Positions 25,834 to 36,539 are shown, counted from the first letter of the stretch. The stretch: 64,000 nt of DNA from an uncultured virus (IMG/VR IMGVR_UViG_2788500352_000001) (IMGVR_UViG_2788500352_000001), one strand, 5' to 3'. Numbers and translations: made by a program. The notes: generated from the sequence alone by a model not told the origin.

Positions 25834-28371
25834 TTATCTCTCCGGCTGATCCGCCATACGAGGAGCACGCGTCGGCATGAGACTGTCAAGCGGCAACCAG
25901 TAGTCCTGTCCAGTCCCACGGCGCAGCTTCTTTTCCATCCGCGACAGGTATCCCGGCGACATCCACTCATTGAACTCGTTCATAAAGGCGCGGTCAATCG
26001 CCGTTGACGTGTACCACATATTGAGGAACGGAAGGTGCGAGCGGATTGAACGCACAGTTTTCGCACCAGGTTTTGTGTCCTTGTCGTAGATAGGTGCACG
26101 AGCCCAAGCAAACGCCGCGTCCGAAGCCTCAATCACCGAACCAAGCTGAGGACCAAGAATGTTAGCCGCGCCAGACATTGCACCGTAACGAGAATCATCT
26201 GAGAGTCCGTTCACAATCCAGTCCCCAAGGAAACCTAAGCCGCCACCCTTTGTCAGCGCAGCCGCCCAGAATTTTCCGGAGGTAACATCTTCTGCATCCT
26301 TACCATTAAGCAAGTCTTGAATCTGAAGGGACAATGCCCCCATGACCGTCGTCGATACTACCATCGCCGCCAGGTACCCAAGTTGATCCACTCGGCCGCC
26401 GTGGTGATTTAAGAACTGCGCCCGCCGCCAGTGCTTTTCCATCATTGCCAAAGGAAACGACTTGAAGAGCATCGCAGCACGCCACAACTCGCCCGACATT
26501 GTTCCTCGCTTATTACCGCGACTTGCTTCCGTCCGAGTGATCAAGTCAGGACCGAGGGAAGCCATTTCTCCTTCATTGAGGATAAAGCCGATGACCTTAC
26601 TCGCAAGAGATTCAGCGTTCTCGTCAACGATCATCCTCTTCGGATCCGAAGAAATTTCCTTCAGCCGCTTATACGACAGGAACTTCACGCCCTTGAATTC
26701 TTCTGTCCCGGCCTCCTGCATCAGCCGCCATTCGGCCTCTCCAATACCGCCGTCCTGAAGTCGCGCCCGATCATAATCATCCAACGCCGACCAATCTTTC
26801 TCAATGAATTTACCGAGAGACGCCAGCATATTGAGGTTGAACGCTCGGCGCACCGCATCAGTCCACGCCGTCAGGAAAGAAGCCCTCATTGAGGCATTCG
26901 CCAGTTTGGCCGTCCACCCTTGTCCCAGATTGTCGCTACCCCACCGAATGAAGTCGGATGAGATACTGTCAGCAATGAGGCCGCAACGATTCGCATAGTC
27001 TTTCCAGTCGGAGCCGTAGGCCGAGAAGAGGAGCCGCATTCCTTGTCCAAAATCCAAGCGACTGAAGCCGGTAGCCACAAAGTACGTCGCAATATCTGAG
27101 AAGGACGAAATAAACGCTTTTCCCAATTTGCCGGCAACTTCGAGATTTCGCCATCCGGACAGAAACCGCACCGCAGGTTCGGAGTTGACGGCCATCGCGC
27201 TTGCCTCACCGGAAAGCACGCGCCACATTTCATCCAACGTAACACGCGTCAGACCGTGGTGATCTGAATATTTCGTAAGGAGTTCCCAACTGCTTTTCTC
27301 ACGCCGGGCGTCCAAAGCCTGAGCGTCGGCAATTTCTTTAAGGAATTTGAACGTCGTCTCCGCTTGCGGCCCGAATCCCTCCATCATCGCTATGTCGTGA
27401 CTCATCTTGGAAACATGCCCGATAAGCGTACTCGTCAAACTGCCCTGACCGTACTTCGCCTCGTACTGCAGATACGAATCCGCATCCTTGAAATGCAACT
27501 CTCGGTGCGGATATTTTTTGTAGCCTACCAGGCTAGGCTCTACCGGAGTTTCCAAGGCATCCCACAAATTGTCTGCGTTATGTCCGGAAGTCACAATGTC
27601 TTCCCATGCCTCACCAAGGAAGTCCCGCAACTGACTGTCGGTCATCCGCTGACCGTTGTCCTGCTTATAGCGGGTTCTGTCCATAAGCGGGAACACCTCA
27701 TCAATCCAAGCATTCTTCCCGCCGCCTTTTTTATTTCGGACTTTTGCCCAATCGTGCGACTGCGGAATATAGCCATAGTCAATAAGACCAATCCTTGCAC
27801 CTGCATGTAAGGCACGGCCCCGCATATCCTTCGCCGTCTTTGCCCATGCCTCAGCCGCGGCCTTCGCACGGGCGTTCTTTGTGTCTTCACCATAGACCTC
27901 ATGTGCGAAATCGTGAGCATCTTCGGCGTTTTCCATAAAACCAAGCCATTTCGGGCGAATGCCGTTAAGCGTATCGAGCATCGAAGTCAGGTACTCGTTT
28001 TGAATGCCTTTTGCAGCGCGTTCAACACCGAGCATCAGTTTTGCGACGCCCGCGTGAGCGTGAATGTCCTCTTCCCGCGCAAGGCGATCCAATTCTCTCA
28101 GCGAGCGGTTTTGTGCGAGAACCTGCTTATAACGCGCAGCCTTCTTTTGCCGAGCCTGCTCCTGTAAATCCTTCGCCAGCTCACCACCGGCGGCCTGAAT
28201 GCGTTCCGCCTGAGTCATTGAGCCCCAGCGTTCCCGAAAATCTTTGCGTTTGGAAAGCGTGTTCATTTTGGACTCGAAGGCCGCGATAATCTGTTCGCCT
28301 TCTTCGTCGCTGATTGTGCCTTCTTTGCGACCGAGCGTCTGCCCGATCAAGTCCTTACATTCTTGTTTCAT
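25834..28371 (-). CDS. Large internal virion (ejection) protein
   Basis: Last late gene; YIPQSHD, MLFKSFP, GGGLGFLGD motifs typical of podovirus ejection proteins. Confidence 0.75.
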   Translation of the reverse strand: MKQECKDLIGQTLGRKEGTISDEEGEQIIAAFESKMNTLSKRKDFRERWGSMTQAERIQAAGGELAKDLQEQARQKKAARYKQVLAQNRSLRELDRLAREEDIHAHAGVAKLMLGVERAAKGIQNEYLTSMLDTLNGIRPKWLGFMENAEDAHDFAHEVYGEDTKNARAKAAAEAWAKTAKDMRGRALHAGARIGLIDYGYIPQSHDWAKVRNKKGGGKNAWIDEVFPLMDRTRYKQDNGQRMTDSQLRDFLGEAWEDIVTSGHNADNLWDALETPVEPSLVGYKKYPHRELHFKDADSYLQYEAKYGQGSLTSTLIGHVSKMSHDIAMMEGFGPQAETTFKFLKEIADAQALDARREKSSWELLTKYSDHHGLTRVTLDEMWRVLSGEASAMAVNSEPAVRFLSGWRNLEVAGKLGKAFISSFSDIATYFVATGFSRLDFGQGMRLLFSAYGSDWKDYANRCGLIADSISSDFIRWGSDNLGQGWTAKLANASMRASFLTAWTDAVRRAFNLNMLASLGKFIEKDWSALDDYDRARLQDGGIGEAEWRLMQEAGTEEFKGVKFLSYKRLKEISSDPKRMIVDENAESLASKVIGFILNEGEMASLGPDLITRTEASRGNKRGTMSGELWRAAMLFKSFPLAMMEKHWRRAQFLNHHGGRVDQLGYLAAMVVSTTVMGALSLQIQDLLNGKDAEDVTSGKFWAAALTKGGGLGFLGDWIVNGLSDDSRYGAMSGAANILGPQLGSVIEASDAAFAWARAPIYDKDTKPGAKTVRSIRSHLPFLNMWYTSTAIDRAFMNEFNEWMSPGYLSRMEKKLRRGTGQDYWLPLDSLMPTRAPRMADQPER

Positions 28372-31300
28372 GCCGGAATCCCGTTGTTTCTGATGATGCA
28401 CATTGCGGCCGTTGCCAATCCAGCCATATCCGTATCCGCCTGCTTATCAATCGAGGCTTCATCCGCCAAAATCTCCGCAGCCGTCTTTTGGTGTTCAATG
28501 CCATTTTCATCCTTGAATTTATAGATAAAATCAGGATTAAGCGCAGCCAAATCCTCAACCTGCACACGTTCGGAATTTTCTTCGGATAGTCCTTCGAGTT
28601 CGTGAGCCTGATGCGCTTCAAGTTCAGACACTGCTTTCGCCTCAGCGTCCAATCCTGCGTCCGGCGGAATATCGGGCGGAGGTTCTGACGCAACTCCGGC
28701 ATCTTCGGCCACAGTCTCTACGACCGACTTCACCACGTTTTCGGCCGGCTTTTCTGCCTGCTGCATCGCTTGCAGGGTATTGCGCATCGCCGCCACATCC
28801 ACTGCCGGCAAAGCCTCACGGAATCCTTCAGTAGCCCCTTTCTCGCGCATCGCTGCATTGCCTTCGTCAATCAAGCGATTTTGCGTATCACGGAAGATAC
28901 CCATAACATCGGCAAGGTCTGTCGAGACGTTTTCTGCCTCACCAAACAAACCGCCCTGGGGGCCGTTGCCGGACGACTTCAGTCGGTTTTCCACCGCAGC
29001 CGCGAAAGGTTCAAGCACCCGAGCAATGGCCGCAGCCGAGTTCTGATTCTCGGCAATGAAGCCTAAAAGTTGCTGCACCGCCGGGTTATCGCCGAACACG
29101 TCACCCTGACCGACAATGCTTTCAAGCGGCGTCCCTTCGATCTTCGCGTTACGGATGCGGTTCACCACGTCCACCAAAATCGGGCCCAGGTCAACCGAGC
29201 CGTTCGAGGCTTCTCGGATGTTGATAACGTGAGGCGCGAAAGCCGCCATCGCGTTCAAAATGCGCTTGATACCCTGCTTATCGGTATCGTCCGCCACCAG
29301 GGCCGTCAACGTCCGGTCTCGATATGCTTCATAGAAGACAGCCGCACGGAGTCGATTCGTCGCGGTCTCTGTCGGCCGCCCGTCTGCCGTAAGGAGCTTC
29401 CCGAGAGAATTCGGTTCACCAATGTCAATCGTGAACAGCCGCACCGTCTCCGGAGTCGGCGCACCATCCTCATCGAACTGATACTTCCAAACATTGTTAC
29501 GGATCCGCGGCGAATCCTGCACCGCCGTTTCGAGAGCCGACTTTTCCAAGACGTTCGAAGAATTCGAGCGCTCGACAAATCCCGTCGTCACAGCTTCCGG
29601 CGGCATGATGCGCACCAGTACTGGGCGCTGCATCCCTGCCACCACTTCCGGATTGATCCCCACGGAATGCGCATCGGCCATCAAGTCCTGTCGATATTGC
29701 TCAGCCGTTCCACGGTTATAGGCTTCAGAGAGCCCCGCCATGCGCCCGTTACCAGCTATCGCGTGCATCCGGGAAGGATCAGTTCCGTATCCCTGAACAG
29801 GCGTCCCGTCGAAGTTATTGGAGCGGAGCACCGAATCCGCCTCAACCACGGCGTAGGTCATCGGGATTTTGTGGCTGCCGTCGGCCACGGTTTCCGTGTT
29901 TCCGAGATACCGAGAATCAGGCAACGACCCAAAGGACACAATCGGAGCACCGGAGTCCGTCGTGCGGGAGACGGAAAGTCGCGTGTAGTCCGGAGCCGTG
30001 GCAATGGCGTTCATCTGTCCGACAGACACTGCGCCCGTACGGTCACGGTTCTGAAGCACTACTATCGTCCCAGCGTCCCCCATCTGGAAGGACTTCGCGA
30101 AAGCATTCTGTGCCTGACGAACCGTTGCATCGTTCACCGGGACGTTCTTCATCGTCTGAGAAACATCCACCCGTTCGCCGGAGTTCATCGCCTGAGCCGC
30201 CTGCTGCTGAGCGCGAATCCCCGCCATGAAGTGGTCAGGAGCCGAACCATTCTGCAGGGGAGCCGTAACCTTTTGATTATTCGTACGCTGAGCTTGAATG
30301 ACACGAGCCGCCGTCACTTGCTTGGAATTCGACCGGAAGGACGCCATTTTGTTTTCTGCGTCGTACATTCGATCAAGCACCCGACGGACTTCCTGAGAAA
30401 GTTCCGGAAGTTCTTCGCCGAACTGCGCCTTGTAGCGTTCGCCGATTTCCTTCTTGGCCGCATCGTCGCCGGAACCTTCGCCCACGAGGTCACGGTACAT
30501 ATCCATTAGCCACCGGGCAAAGTTGCGGAACATCCCTTTCAGATACACTGCCGGCACCTCACCTTCAGCGAGATAGCGTTCCGTCCAAGCCGCGTACTGC
30601 TCCTGCAGCTTGACTTTCTTCTCGAAAGGCAGGGCGTTGTATTCCTCAACGGACTTGAGACCGAATGCCTTCATCAAGGCGTCAATGTCGGCCCGCGCTT
30701 CCGGGGAAAGGTTTTTGTCGGCCGCGTGCGCAAAGAGATTCGTCAGGTACCAGTGCGAGTGTTCGTGCGAGAACGTGGAAAGATTCGCATTCGGCGTGAG
30801 TTTGATAGTGTTCGTCTGCGGGTTGAAGGAACCGCGGATTTCGCCGATGATCTGATTGAACTCCATATCGAACGCAGGGTCTGCCGGGTTACGCCAATAG
30901 CCGCCATCTTCGGCATAAGCCCACTCGTTCGGCTCATCCACGAAGAAACGAGAACGCTTATCCTCATCCTTCACCCAGGATTCTTTGCCGTCCGCACCTG
31001 TTTCCTTTTTGTAAACAACATCCCCATCGCGCTTGACACCCGTCAACATATCGCGTACAGTGATTTCATCCTCGGTATAACGCGATGCAATAGGATCATT
31101 TGGGGATGAATCGTCGGAGCGCAAAACCTCTGAAGGGCTTCCCCCCGCCGAAGCATCGCCGCCGCGGACAGAGGGCTCAACAATCGGTTGAGCCTTTTCT
31201 GTTTCTATCCCGGTAATTTGATAAGCCGCCAGTCGATCTTTGCTTCCTTTCCCGCCGTCCGAAATCCGATCTTTTACAGTGATTTTGACAAGAAACTCTT

Positions 31301-33191
31301 TTCCGTCGACAACCACCGGAGAGTAGAACCGGTGCATTCCGCGCAGGGTTTTGTCCGCGGATTTAACCCCCTGAGACGCTTTTATGTCTCGGTAACTTTC
31401 CGCAGGGAAAGCGTGCTTCACCACTTCAGGGAGATTTTTCAAAACTACTGCGTTAGCCGCCCGGCTTTCGGTACCGCGCTTTAAACGGGAAATACCGTGA
31501 ACGATCTCATCAGAATCATCGGCGCCAATAGTGAAACGCCACCCGGTAACTTCATTATCCAACGGAACTGCGTTATCACCGCGATACGGCTTGATAAGTT
31601 GAGCCAGCCCCTTGTTATCCGGAACCGCAGAACCGTCGCTCTCTATGCGCGTTACCCTTACCCTGTAATCTGGGTTCTTCGCTGCACGATCTCCGTATTG
31701 CCAGTTCTGCCCCTGGGTCACCGGCATACTGAAGGCTTCCTTCGGTACCTCCGCAGACTTCCCGTCCTCCGACCATACGATCTTTGCCGAGAAGTCCCGC
31801 ACCTTGTCCGGCTCAATCCCCAAACGCTTCGCGAGCGCCACGACGGCCAGGGAGTTAATCGCCGCCTGCGTCCCGGCTTGCTCGAAGTTGAACTGACTCT
31901 GTCCTTTGTTGAAAAGAGCCGTCCGCTGATCCTCGTAGACAAGACGGGCCGCATCCTGATACTTCTGCGTTCGAATCTGTTCAGGACTGCGCCAAAACGC
32001 CCCGCCGAAGGCCGCACCCATAACCGCGCTTACCGCCAAGTCCACGCCGTTCAAGTCGTACTGCTGAGCCAGTTGGTTGTAATCCTGATGTTCGAGGATG
32101 AATTTGATACCCTCGACTTCGGCCACATTCGTCCCGGCATTCGCCGCAGCGCCGTACGCCATGGACATACCGCGACTCGCACCGAGAACCGCCGGAAGCC
32201 GCATACCTATTGCGTTCATCCCGAACGACACCAGGCCGGCATTGATAGCCGTGTCGCGGTCTACGCCCTCATCCATCAGGCGATTCGTCTCATCGATGCC
32301 CACGTCAGCGCCGAAAGCCAGTGCGCCGCCGGCGACGCCGCCCGCCAAACCGTAACCAATTGCCTTCGGAAGCGTCTTGAAAAGCCCGTAGACAATCTGA
32401 GAAGCCGTACCCATCGTTTCGGGATCGACCTCAAAGTGAACCTTGTTGTAATCGCGAATATCCCGGGCGGCCTGATCCATGACCGCCTTTTGCCCCTCCC
32501 ACCAGGCGCGGGTTTCGTCCCTGCCCATACGGGAGAGAACATCGGCCCCGGTGTTCTTAAAAGCCGTGATAGCGGAGCTCGCCGTCTGTAGCACCGCAGC
32601 GGGAATGCCCTTCCACGTATCGCCAAGCCCTGAGAAGACGCCGAGAGGCATATTGACGCCCGGAAGCGGACGTTCCTCAAACACCTTGTCCTTCAGATCG
32701 AGCATGACGCCGGGCTCATTGCGCAGGAAGTAACGGCGCAGTCGATCTGCCTCAACCGACGACAGTTTCCGCCCCGGGGTGTAAACGTCCGTCCCTTCAG
32801 CATTCCGAGACCATACACCCCCCGCCACACCGTCCTGACCGCTGTAAATCGACTGATCCGAGAAAGTCGGATGATTCGGCTTTTTGTATTTATCGCCCAA
32901 GTGACCGCGCTCATCCTCAGACATCGTGCCGGACTGCAGCTCTCTCCAGGCACCGCGCAAGTCGTAGTCGTAAACGTCCTTTTCGCGGTGATTCTCTGTC
33001 GCCCATGCCTGATATTTTTCTTCCTCATCAGGCGACAAAACGGTATTGAACTTATCCGAATAATCCTCCGAGAACGCATCACGAGGGCCAACGGCATCCG
33101 TGCCCCAGCGGTTGATTCTCGCCTGCCGCATCTGCTCTTCGCTCATCTGCGGTTGCTGAGAGGCCGGGGTATAGATTTCAGAAAACAGCAT
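28368..33191 (-). CDS. Large polyvalent virion protein (LPD/BECR-like, HExxH metallopeptidase, ddrB/ParB-like domains)
   Basis: 1607 aa; STFSHEHSHW; LQNRDR...GAPIV...GNGR; HRFYSPVVVDGKEFLVKITVK. Confidence 0.75.
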   Translation of the reverse strand: MLFSEIYTPASQQPQMSEEQMRQARINRWGTDAVGPRDAFSEDYSDKFNTVLSPDEEEKYQAWATENHREKDVYDYDLRGAWRELQSGTMSEDERGHLGDKYKKPNHPTFSDQSIYSGQDGVAGGVWSRNAEGTDVYTPGRKLSSVEADRLRRYFLRNEPGVMLDLKDKVFEERPLPGVNMPLGVFSGLGDTWKGIPAAVLQTASSAITAFKNTGADVLSRMGRDETRAWWEGQKAVMDQAARDIRDYNKVHFEVDPETMGTASQIVYGLFKTLPKAIGYGLAGGVAGGALAFGADVGIDETNRLMDEGVDRDTAINAGLVSFGMNAIGMRLPAVLGASRGMSMAYGAAANAGTNVAEVEGIKFILEHQDYNQLAQQYDLNGVDLAVSAVMGAAFGGAFWRSPEQIRTQKYQDAARLVYEDQRTALFNKGQSQFNFEQAGTQAAINSLAVVALAKRLGIEPDKVRDFSAKIVWSEDGKSAEVPKEAFSMPVTQGQNWQYGDRAAKNPDYRVRVTRIESDGSAVPDNKGLAQLIKPYRGDNAVPLDNEVTGWRFTIGADDSDEIVHGISRLKRGTESRAANAVVLKNLPEVVKHAFPAESYRDIKASQGVKSADKTLRGMHRFYSPVVVDGKEFLVKITVKDRISDGGKGSKDRLAAYQITGIETEKAQPIVEPSVRGGDASAGGSPSEVLRSDDSSPNDPIASRYTEDEITVRDMLTGVKRDGDVVYKKETGADGKESWVKDEDKRSRFFVDEPNEWAYAEDGGYWRNPADPAFDMEFNQIIGEIRGSFNPQTNTIKLTPNANLSTFSHEHSHWYLTNLFAHAADKNLSPEARADIDALMKAFGLKSVEEYNALPFEKKVKLQEQYAAWTERYLAEGEVPAVYLKGMFRNFARWLMDMYRDLVGEGSGDDAAKKEIGERYKAQFGEELPELSQEVRRVLDRMYDAENKMASFRSNSKQVTAARVIQAQRTNNQKVTAPLQNGSAPDHFMAGIRAQQQAAQAMNSGERVDVSQTMKNVPVNDATVRQAQNAFAKSFQMGDAGTIVVLQNRDRTGAVSVGQMNAIATAPDYTRLSVSRTTDSGAPIVSFGSLPDSRYLGNTETVADGSHKIPMTYAVVEADSVLRSNNFDGTPVQGYGTDPSRMHAIAGNGRMAGLSEAYNRGTAEQYRQDLMADAHSVGINPEVVAGMQRPVLVRIMPPEAVTTGFVERSNSSNVLEKSALETAVQDSPRIRNNVWKYQFDEDGAPTPETVRLFTIDIGEPNSLGKLLTADGRPTETATNRLRAAVFYEAYRDRTLTALVADDTDKQGIKRILNAMAAFAPHVINIREASNGSVDLGPILVDVVNRIRNAKIEGTPLESIVGQGDVFGDNPAVQQLLGFIAENQNSAAAIARVLEPFAAAVENRLKSSGNGPQGGLFGEAENVSTDLADVMGIFRDTQNRLIDEGNAAMREKGATEGFREALPAVDVAAMRNTLQAMQQAEKPAENVVKSVVETVAEDAGVASEPPPDIPPDAGLDAEAKAVSELEAHQAHELEGLSEENSERVQVEDLAALNPDFIYKFKDENGIEHQKTAAEILADEASIDKQADTDMAGLATAAMCIIRNNGIPA

Positions 33192-33193
33192 TG

Positions 33194-35314
33194 TTATTCC
33201 TTCGTCTTCACTAAATCGAACTTATAAAGGGAGCCGTCGTCACCAAACACTGATTCCCCGTTAAGCATCAGGCTGTAGGTCACACTGCCGTCTGAGTTCA
33301 CCTTTTCAGTCTGCAAGGCGAGTTTCGGCATTTTTGCGGCCAACTCTTCGCCGGTCATCGCTAAACCGCTGACGTAGAACGTGCCACGGGCTTTTTTGAC
33401 TTCTTGCGCCTGAGTCTCTACGAGATCGCCCAAGTCTTCTGAGTAAATGGCTGACGACTTAATCCCCTTCGGCATCACGGCTTTCTTGCCGTTGTACGTT
33501 TCAACATCGCCACCGACTGCCGCAGCTATGGCGTCTTCGATGTTCCCGGAGCCCGCCCATTGCTGATAAGCCAAAATGCCGCGCGCCAATTCCACCGTAT
33601 CGGCCCGGGCCGCGTCCGACTTAAACAGCCCCTGCGTCCCATCGTTGTCCGGATTGATAGTTGCGTAAAGCCGTGCCACATTGCCGGTTTCCACTGCCGG
33701 ATCATCTTTGACCTGCTTTTCGGCGATGAGCTGCAGCCCTCGCAGGTACATTTCTCCGGAAGTAATGCCGCCGTCGCCTGGAACAATGTCAAACCCCGCC
33801 ATCGCTATAGCGTACTTGTTGCTGTTTCCCTTCAGTTGCCCTGACACCATACGAATCCCGTCCGGACCCGCCGTGTCAGCAATCGTTTTCAAAAGTGCTA
33901 CACGGGTTTCAATCGGCGAGCTATCAAGAAGCGTCACCAGTCCTGCGGCCTCCTGCTTAGAGAAAAGGCGTTGCGGCACCTGCCAATCCTTCGCCATCGC
34001 GTCCGCCATTTCCACGCGCTTCTGAAGTTGCGCTTTCAGCTCATCTGTGTTCTGCCAATTGAGCGGGGTGATGCCGTACTGATTCGTAGCCATCGCGACA
34101 CCGATAGGATCAGACTCGCGTTCCTTCAGAATTTTTACCCCAAGAGCTTTTGCTTCTTTCGTTCGGGCGGAGTTCACGAAATCCATCACTCCGGCGCTAT
34201 CCAAGCCCCAAAGATTTCGGGACGCCTGAGCATCCCGCACCTTTGCCGCCTTTTCTGGATCAAGTTCGTCCAAACGCTGCAGTAGCGTAACCGGCAACTC
34301 TTCATTGTTGTCTAGCGCCTTGTAGGCCGTATTAACAAGATCAGACGCTTCCGTGCGCTTTTCCCATTCACGCGCCGCCAGCGCCTGCCGAACCTTCACC
34401 GTAACGCCCTGCCGAACGTCGGCATCAGTGCCCTTTGTGGCCTCGTGCGTCGCCTTCAGAATGTCCGAATCGCTTCCAGAAGTCGCGAGCACCTTTTCCA
34501 CCAGGTACTCAATGTCCTGTTTCTGCTGACCGGCCTTGATGAGTTTTTCGCTTTTAGCGACCTGCACAGCGCTCATATCGTCTTTGTGCGCCTTCAGCCA
34601 CGCACGAGCCGCCGCAAGGTTCTTGCCCTCAATGAAAATACCGATAGCGTTCGAGTTAACGGTGTCCATCAGTTTCGTCACATCAACCGGAAGGCCAGAC
34701 TTGTCAGCCTGCCACTGCAGTTCAGACATTGCAACGGCGTAGCCTGAGTTCGCCCTGTCCATATCGCCGGACTGGACACCGTTCAAAACGTCATTCGTCG
34801 CAGTATTGAAAGTCGCCGCGTGCGTCGCCTTCTCGAATACCGCCTGTTGCTTCACCATATGGGATTGAAGTTCTGCCCCCAACTGCTGATAGGCCGCCTG
34901 CGAATAGAGGTCATACATCTTCCGCTGACGATCTGTCTTCAGTTGACCGCGGCGATTTGCGAAGAGTGCGCGTCCCTTTTCGAGATACTCTTCCGACAGA
35001 CTTTTCCCGTCAGGACGGTTAAGGGCGTTACTGCCCGTGAGATTGCCCCAACCCTCTTCCGGATTCGACTTCAAATCTTCGAGTTCGCTCTTGGACTGAT
35101 TGATAGCGTCCTGCACGAGCGTCTTGTCGGTTTCGGCCTGCCACTTATCCACAGCCGAGACAATCTTATCAGTAGCCCCGGCGACGAGTTTGTCAGTACG
35201 CCACTTGGAATCCGGCATAGCATGAAGCGTCCCGAGCCCCCTTACAGCGTTCGGAGTCACGCCGCCCTGATACGGATTACCGGGCACAGTGATAGTTCCC
35301 ATTACTTGCTCCAA
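33194..35314 (-). CDS. Internal virion protein
   Basis: 706-aa helical protein in ejection-protein position. Confidence 0.65.
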   Translation of the reverse strand: MEQVMGTITVPGNPYQGGVTPNAVRGLGTLHAMPDSKWRTDKLVAGATDKIVSAVDKWQAETDKTLVQDAINQSKSELEDLKSNPEEGWGNLTGSNALNRPDGKSLSEEYLEKGRALFANRRGQLKTDRQRKMYDLYSQAAYQQLGAELQSHMVKQQAVFEKATHAATFNTATNDVLNGVQSGDMDRANSGYAVAMSELQWQADKSGLPVDVTKLMDTVNSNAIGIFIEGKNLAAARAWLKAHKDDMSAVQVAKSEKLIKAGQQKQDIEYLVEKVLATSGSDSDILKATHEATKGTDADVRQGVTVKVRQALAAREWEKRTEASDLVNTAYKALDNNEELPVTLLQRLDELDPEKAAKVRDAQASRNLWGLDSAGVMDFVNSARTKEAKALGVKILKERESDPIGVAMATNQYGITPLNWQNTDELKAQLQKRVEMADAMAKDWQVPQRLFSKQEAAGLVTLLDSSPIETRVALLKTIADTAGPDGIRMVSGQLKGNSNKYAIAMAGFDIVPGDGGITSGEMYLRGLQLIAEKQVKDDPAVETGNVARLYATINPDNDGTQGLFKSDAARADTVELARGILAYQQWAGSGNIEDAIAAAVGGDVETYNGKKAVMPKGIKSSAIYSEDLGDLVETQAQEVKKARGTFYVSGLAMTGEELAAKMPKLALQTEKVNSDGSVTYSLMLNGESVFGDDGSLYKFDLVKTKE

Positions 35315-36078
35315 CTGAAATTAGAAGGCATCTTGAGGCTCCATCCTTGAGCCCCGAATGAGCCAGACGACGTAGCGCCGCTACCGGAACTGCCACCGAA
35401 AACATCCTTGAAATCGCTCAAGGTTGCGCCGCTGTACGAGGACTTGCCAGAACCGGACTGTGAGCCGCCCATCTGTCCATTCATAATGTCCATCGCATAG
35501 TTGTTGAAAGTGGTCAGCGCAGCCGCCCATGGAGTAATAGACTTTGCGGCCGAACGGTAGGCAAGTGCCTGATTCTTGTAATCGACAGCCGAACGGCGGT
35601 AGCCCCAGGACTCAGCAACGGCATTCGCCATCACCTGATTCACCTGCATTTCCTTCACAATGTCAATGGAGGTCAGCACTTCGGCTGCCGATCCAGAACC
35701 GCCCACGCGGACGCCCGCTGCAGCCTGCCGGGTTTTGGTAGTTGACTTTGCCTGCCCGGCCTCATACCCAATGGCCGCCGCCTGACGTTCACCGCCGGCC
35801 ATCACGTCGTCTGCCGCCGTCTCGTAGCTCTGCGCCTGCAAATTCATTAAGTCGGCATTCATTTTCATGAGCGCCTTTTCCTGCTTTGCAGCGCGATAGG
35901 CAAGCCACGTCTCGCCGATCTGCATCACGGACGTGTAACCGACCTTGAATCCTTGCTGAAATCGAGAGAAGCCGCCCGCACCTTTTGCGCTCATGAAAGC
36001 GTTTGCGGACGACGAAATCGCGGAGGATTGTGTAGATCCTTCGCTTGTCTGTTTGGTTGGATGGAGATATTGAGGCAT
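35302..36078 (-). CDS. Internal virion protein (T7 gp14-like position)
   Basis: Ala/Gly/Ser-rich; QAAAGVRVGGSGSAAEV motif. Confidence 0.7.
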   Translation of the reverse strand: MPQYLHPTKQTSEGSTQSSAISSSANAFMSAKGAGGFSRFQQGFKVGYTSVMQIGETWLAYRAAKQEKALMKMNADLMNLQAQSYETAADDVMAGGERQAAAIGYEAGQAKSTTKTRQAAAGVRVGGSGSAAEVLTSIDIVKEMQVNQVMANAVAESWGYRRSAVDYKNQALAYRSAAKSITPWAAALTTFNNYAMDIMNGQMGGSQSGSGKSSYSGATLSDFKDVFGGSSGSGATSSGSFGAQGWSLKMPSNFSWSK

Positions 36079-36101
36079 TCGGCACTCCCGGATTTTCGCC
36101 G

Positions 36102-36135
36102 AGAGTAAACCGAAAGATCAGAGCTTTATGGACGG
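36102..36135 (-). promoter_or_regulatory. Putative late promoter 1
   Basis: CCGTCCATAAA-N17-TACTCT upstream of internal virion genes. Confidence 0.75.
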
Positions 36136-36539
36136 ACTACTTTGGCGAGGGCGTCGTGGTTTGCGGCGCAGCGCTGATAAAGTCGGCCGCATTCCGAACC
36201 AGAGTCAGCCAGTCTTTGAACCAAGCCTTCCAGCTCGGTAACTCTTCGTCTAAGAGCGTCTGTGGAATCTCCGCCTGCGGAGCCGTGACCGTCCGCGTGG
36301 CGCAACCGGGCGCGAGCACGATCAAGCTCAGCACGCAAATCGTTGTACTCAGCCTGCGCCAGGTTGATCGTGTCCGTTGCTTTTGAAAGTCCTTCTGCAT
36401 TCTTTCTCTCCGCCGCACGTAGCGCATCAGACTGCGCCGCCTCCATGAGGGCAATTTCCCGGTCATAGTGCGCAGAGGTCAACCAAGCTCCTGTGCCAAA
36501 AGCCAGGACGACCGCCACCATGTAGACGTAATCTTTCAC
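36126..36539 (-). CDS. Rz-like i-spanin
   Basis: N-terminal TM helix plus coiled coil, last lysis gene. Confidence 0.8.
   Translation of the reverse strand: MKDYVYMVAVVLAFGTGAWLTSAHYDREIALMEAAQSDALRAAERKNAEGLSKATDTINLAQAEYNDLRAELDRARARLRHADGHGSAGGDSTDALRRRVTELEGLVQRLADSGSECGRLYQRCAANHDALAKVVRP
36137..36400 (-). CDS. Rz1-like o-spanin lipoprotein embedded in Rz
   Basis: Alternate-frame ORF with lipobox-like VLSLIVLAPGC and Pro-rich mature part; start uncertain. Confidence 0.65.
   Translation of the reverse strand: MQKDFQKQRTRSTWRRLSTTICVLSLIVLAPGCATRTVTAPQAEIPQTLLDEELPSWKAWFKDWLTLVRNAADFISAAPQTTTPSPK

Noticed and set aside
29070..32591. 479-aa and 364-aa plus-strand ORFs
   Set aside because: Antisense shadows of the polyvalent protein gene
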